Shown here one piece after another: positions 61,714 through 64,000 of a DNA stretch of 64,000 nucleotides. The DNA lies in the NCBI RefSeq assembly GCF_000143415.4, contig NW_003314454.1, forward strand, positions 1 to 64,000, given 5' to 3'. Every line of letters begins with the position of its first letter. The stretch's first letter is position 1. The notes below the pieces were generated by a model. The model saw nothing but the letters and a program-made list of their open reading frames with translations. It did no database searches and was not told the origin of the DNA. A program made the translations under genes and the position numbers. The DNA is from Selaginella moellendorffii. Taxonomy: Eukaryota; Plantae; Lycopodiophyta.

Positions 61714-64000
61714 GCACTTAAGCTCGTTGAGCTGTAATCACACTATGAAAGAATCAGAAACAGCGGCTGACAAGAAAGATAGATTCTTCCACTTACATTC
61801 TGGCCTGTGCACTGCACAGGATCATAACGCCCCGCATTGCATTCCATTTCATTCACGCACTCATGAACCCTAGCCAATTCGTTGAGTTTAGTCCAGTTTG
61901 GAGCTTAGTTTAAAATTTCTACTTCAGTTTAATTTAGATGATATGCTTAAGGATATAAGGTCACTTAAAAGGTAAATTTGCCTTTACAGGACAGTGGTGG
62001 CAGTGTTGCAAGCACGCTGTCCCACCACAATTCTTGCAGCCGTGGCTCAAGGTGAATATTAGATGTGTATGCCTCCAGTCAGTTTCCAGTCCTCCATGTA
62101 ACAGTCCTAAGAAACTCATCATTGCAGAAATTTCGTATCTTGCAGTTTTGAGGTTTCACAATTCATTGGCCCAAGGGATTGTTCTTAACATATCCCTGGA
62201 AGCATGCTGCGGAACTGATGGCATTTTGAAGATCTTTTTCACACTTTTTGATGCCACCATTTAGATGTTGTATGCCTGTTGTGCAGTTGTGTACATCAGA
62301 CTGACAAAGCCCTCAAAAAGCTAAGTCTAACGGAGTCGATGGCACCTCAAGCTGAGTTATGAGGAGTTAGATATGTTAGAGAGAAGTTGTTAAGAGTCTC
62401 CTCTTGATCAACAACTAACCAGGCCCAAGATTCCTCTTATCATGAGTGTTGGAGTCAGATCCTGGCACTTCTGGGACTCCCAGCACAACAATCAACTTAG
62501 ACTCTCCTTCTCTAACCCTTTCTCAACTTACGTAGCAAAAATGTGGGAGCCTTGACTGTGTGGTCTGCAAGAAAGAGGGAGGGGTACCTTCTTTCAAAAG
62601 GCATTTGAACTGGGATTTAGGGAAGATGTGTTTGAGGGGCTGCTGTGGGTGATTTCTAGCAGAGTGGTCATACTCTCCACTCACCCCTGGGCCAGAGGTG
62701 CTACAGCTTAGTCTTCGGACAGAGCTGGTGCCTTGACAAATTTGACTCTGAAATACATTTTTGGGGAGTCCTGACTATTCCAGTATAGGGAGAGAAATAG
62801 TTTGGGTGGAGTTTGGAGCTTCCCAAATTACTGTGTAAGAATAGTTGTAACAGCAGTTCACAGATTCAAGGATCAGGGAGGCCTGATTTCCTTAATTTCC
62901 TAAACTTCGGAGACTTAGAGAAAATTCTGAACAGTACTTAAAGAAAAAATCTTAAGCTGGAATTTAAGCTCAACTTACTGGTGTGGAATTATGTTAAGTT
63001 TTTTCCTTTGCCTAAGTTTTTTGTCAGGATGAAGTCCTGATTAGTGGAAGCATTTTGAGAATGCAGACGGTTGTGATTTGCTGATCCAATGGTTCTTATT
63101 AAACCATATCTATACTATATACTATTTTGAGCATATTTTACTCGGGCAAGGGCTTGGATGCAAGGGCAAAGCCTTGGTCTTGGTTTGCAAGAGCAAGCTT
63201 GCCCTTGCCTTACCAGAAGGTCAAGGGCAGGGGCAAGCTTCAAGGCAAGGGCAAGCTTCAAGGGCAAGTTTTAAAAGCAAGGGCTTCAAGGGCTTGTCTT
63301 GCCCTTGCCGCTTCTTGCATAGAATGTGCACATCCAGTTCCTCTGCTTGTCAAGAAGCACAGGTACTACAAGGTCGCCAGGATGGCAATAGTCGTTCCAG
63401 ATCAAGTCCTCATTCTCCACTTCTAAATAACTGATTTGTGATGTCATTTCTAAACTTTTGTTTTTGGAACATTCCAAGATATTGTCGAAGATTTTGACAG
63501 AATGTTCATTTTGTGGGTTCTTGACGAGCTTTCCAATCTTATCTCCCTGGATCTCAGCTCGAAGCAGCAGCAGATGCACTGGAGCCAAGAGCTGGAAATC
63601 GGGCGTTTCTAGATTATGGTGAGTCAATTGACTGACTGGTTCTGGTTTGCTTCAAAATGCAGGCCTCAATGTTCAAGCTTGAGTATGGTGTTTCTGCAAA
63701 TGCAAGTTGTTTGTTGAACTGATTTGGAGATGAGAGATCAAGGGCTTAGATGCAAAAGTGATTAGGGCAGGAACAAGCAAGGCAAGGCAGGAAGCAGTGC
63801 CCTTTCTTGCGCTTCCAAGGGCAAAGTCAGTTTTTTTCTGTCTTCCCCTAACTTGCTCTATGTTAAGCCCTAGGGTTAGCATCATGTTAACCCACGTTAA
63901 GGTGTTAAATAGAGGGGTTAGTCCCTTAGTAGGGTGATTGCTCGAGCGAAAATGGTAAGCTTTTACAAAATTTTAGGTTCAGGGATTGAGAGGACGACGG

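Overview
This is land-plant genomic DNA. The 50-70 nt introns, PLS-type PPR gene and gene content suggest a lycophyte such as Selaginella (inferred, not proven). The left end (1-6.9 kb) is genic: a Pollen Ole e 1/extensin-like gene, an intact EGF-repeat exostosin (GT47) gene, an RPP30 pseudogene and a 3' fragment of RCL1. About 53 kb of nested, mostly decayed transposons follow. They comprise six copies of a ~1.15-kb LTR (two full non-coding elements with TSDs, one solo LTR, one truncated element), an old non-chromovirus Ty3/gypsy element split by a 24.3-kb inversion (20464-44792), two 5S-rRNA-derived Cassandra-like solo LTRs, a Sola-like transposase, a satellite-bearing LTR-like block and a Ty1/copia remnant. 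A PPR pseudogene lies near the right end. The stand-out feature is a Mutator-like (MULE) family present in three copies, one bounded by TIRs and a 9-bp TSD. Divergently from its transposase it carries an intron-containing gene that fuses a ParB/Srx-like domain to a bacterial-type beta-class N6A/N4C DNA methyltransferase-like domain. An array of GGTTC-N6-GAACC palindromes lies between the two genes. This is a candidate transposon self-marking or anti-silencing system. All calls were made by eye; no searches were run.
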